Made by a program: the position numbers and the translations under genes
Shown here: piece after piece, positions 62,714-64,000 of the stretch
How positions within the stretch are numbered: position 1 is the first letter of the stretch
How the letters are laid out: the number at the start of each line of letters is the position of its first letter
Origin: Chitinophaga pinensis
Lineage (GTDB): Bacteria; Bacteroidota; Bacteroidia; NS11-12g; UBA955
DNA length: 64,000 nucleotides
Assembly: GCA_945888525.1 (NCBI GenBank)
Contig: CAMDAF010000007.1
Coordinates: 17,127-81,126, forward strand
Reading direction: 5' to 3'
Notes under the pieces: generated by a model
Told to the model about the DNA's origin: nothing
The model's input: the letters and a program-made list of their open reading frames with translations, nothing else
Database searches by the model: none

Positions 62714-64000
62714 CTAAAAGAAAGCTTTTAATTCTATTGTAGTTTCAAATCCTTTATACCTATCCAAAGCAAAGCTCATATCTTTATATTCCATATAACG
62801 CTCTCTAACATATAGACCAACACCTTTGCTTAACTGTATATCAAATCCAGTGGCAAGACTGATCCCCTTTTGATTTTTAGGTCTGCGCGTATCTGCATTT
62901 ACCTCCGTTTGATAATTGCCAAGAATGCGTTCAAAACCGACATAATTGGTCCAAACCAAGCTATGGCTAATTTTTAGATATGATTCTACCTGATGAAAAT
63001 ATGCCCGCATAAGCGCTTTTTCACCAAAAACCACAAATGGGCTTGCGAAATTTTGAACAGAATTTAAAGACCCTAGATAAAACAGGTACAGTTCTCTGTT
63101 TAAAAATTTGGTTTTGTATTTGGAATTTAGTTCAATTGTGTTAAAATACTTTTTATACAATGGCTTGCCATCTGCGCCTAATTCTGTGACATACATGGTT
63201 TCAAAAACCGAACGGTAAATTTTATTTAAGTTCTTGTATGGCCCAACGCCGCTTGGAAAATCCCATCTCCAAAAACGGGATAACGCTAAATTATTAAATG
63301 CATGCGTATAAGTAATTTTGGGTGACAGTTTTTCCAATTCCATAGCGTTTGCATAACCTATAGAGTTCTTCAAACGTCCAATGTCTAATTGGGCATTTAA
63401 TTCAATGCCTTGTCTGTTATTTGAAAGCTGTCCAATTGGCAATACAGCACTAGAAACTGGAATCAATACAGGTTGCGTTTGATTCGAGTTGGTTTGAACC
63501 GTTTGTTGAATGGATGAATTTATAAAAACAGAACTGTTGTTAAAGACATTTGGACTTATTCTATATAAATGCAATTCTGTTGCAATCTTTTTCAAAATAT
63601 CTCCTGATACTTTTACCGAAATTGCCTCACCCCATTTCGAAACATTGGTGCCCGCATATTTTCTGCCTATGCCGATTTCAGAGTAAAATTTAATACGTGT
63701 AAACTGATGTTTTATTTCACCGGTAACCATATTAAATCCCGCTCTTTGTTTCCCTAAAGAATCTATGTAGCTATCATTATTAAATGTATTAATTGAAAAT
63801 AAGCCTTTAGAACCTGAATACGATTTGCTTAATCGCCCACCAACTGAAGTATTAGGGATAGATGACAAACCACCATCAAATTGGGTTTTACCCACCATGG
63901 CACTAAAAGAAATATTATGTGGCAACTGAGCGCCTTCAACAATTAATCCGTGGAATGCTTGGTTACCCCATCTTTGGTCTTGGTTAATGGCCCCTGATCC
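62714..64000 (-). CDS. Putative outer-membrane beta-barrel protein (N-terminus beyond window)
   Basis: Frame open to window end (GSGAINQDQRWGNQAFHG...). Alternating strands; C-terminal TTIELKAFF resembles a beta-signal. Confidence 0.6.
   Translation of the reverse strand, partial: GSGAINQDQRWGNQAFHGLIVEGAQLPHNISFSAMVGKTQFDGGLSSIPNTSVGGRLSKSYSGSKGLFSINTFNNDSYIDSLGKQRAGFNMVTGEIKHQFTRIKFYSEIGIGRKYAGTNVSKWGEAISVKVSGDILKKIATELHLYRISPNVFNNSSVFINSSIQQTVQTNSNQTQPVLIPVSSAVLPIGQLSNNRQGIELNAQLDIGRLKNSIGYANAMELEKLSPKITYTHAFNNLALSRFWRWDFPSGVGPYKNLNKIYRSVFETMYVTELGADGKPLYKKYFNTIELNSKYKTKFLNRELYLFYLGSLNSVQNFASPFVVFGEKALMRAYFHQVESYLKISHSLVWTNYVGFERILGNYQTEVNADTRRPKNQKGISLATGFDIQLSKGVGLYVRERYMEYKDMSFALDRYKGFETTIELKAFF

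Overview
Gene-dense, AT-rich bacterial chromosome segment, almost certainly Bacteroidota: it has TAnnTTTG -7 promoter elements just upstream of many starts, T9SS C-terminal sorting domains, DUF1573 proteins and a Bacteroidota-type cytochrome c oxidase operon with split subunit III. In order it contains a LytS/LytTR pair, envelope genes (LTA-synthase-like, GT2, deacetylase, uxs/ugd/DegT), an ECF sigma pair, a persulfide dioxygenase-rhodanese/HMA/thioredoxin operon, rsmA-mgtE-capA, four tandem DUF1573 genes followed by an FNR-like reductase and a radical SAM/SPASM enzyme, and two T9SS cargo genes. Next come an 11-gene aa3-type oxidase locus, eno/carA, rlmN/era, a DUF2130-mnmH-META-selD operon, a structured repeat region beside tRNA-Arg(CCG), a three-gene cytoplasmic phosphorelay and the distal end of a beta-glucan utilisation locus. 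No integrase, transposase, CRISPR array or rRNA was seen. The best candidates for undescribed biology are (1) the beta-glucan locus, whose visible outer-membrane proteins are not SusC/SusD-like, (2) the DUF1573 array with two sigma54-like promoters, (3) a ~100-aa coiled-coil insertion in the CuA domain of oxidase subunit II, (4) a loop-E-like leader element before a T9SS hydrolase, (5) the composite selenouridine operon and (6) the GC-rich structured element downstream of the tRNA. All family calls come from motif recognition by eye; no searches were run.
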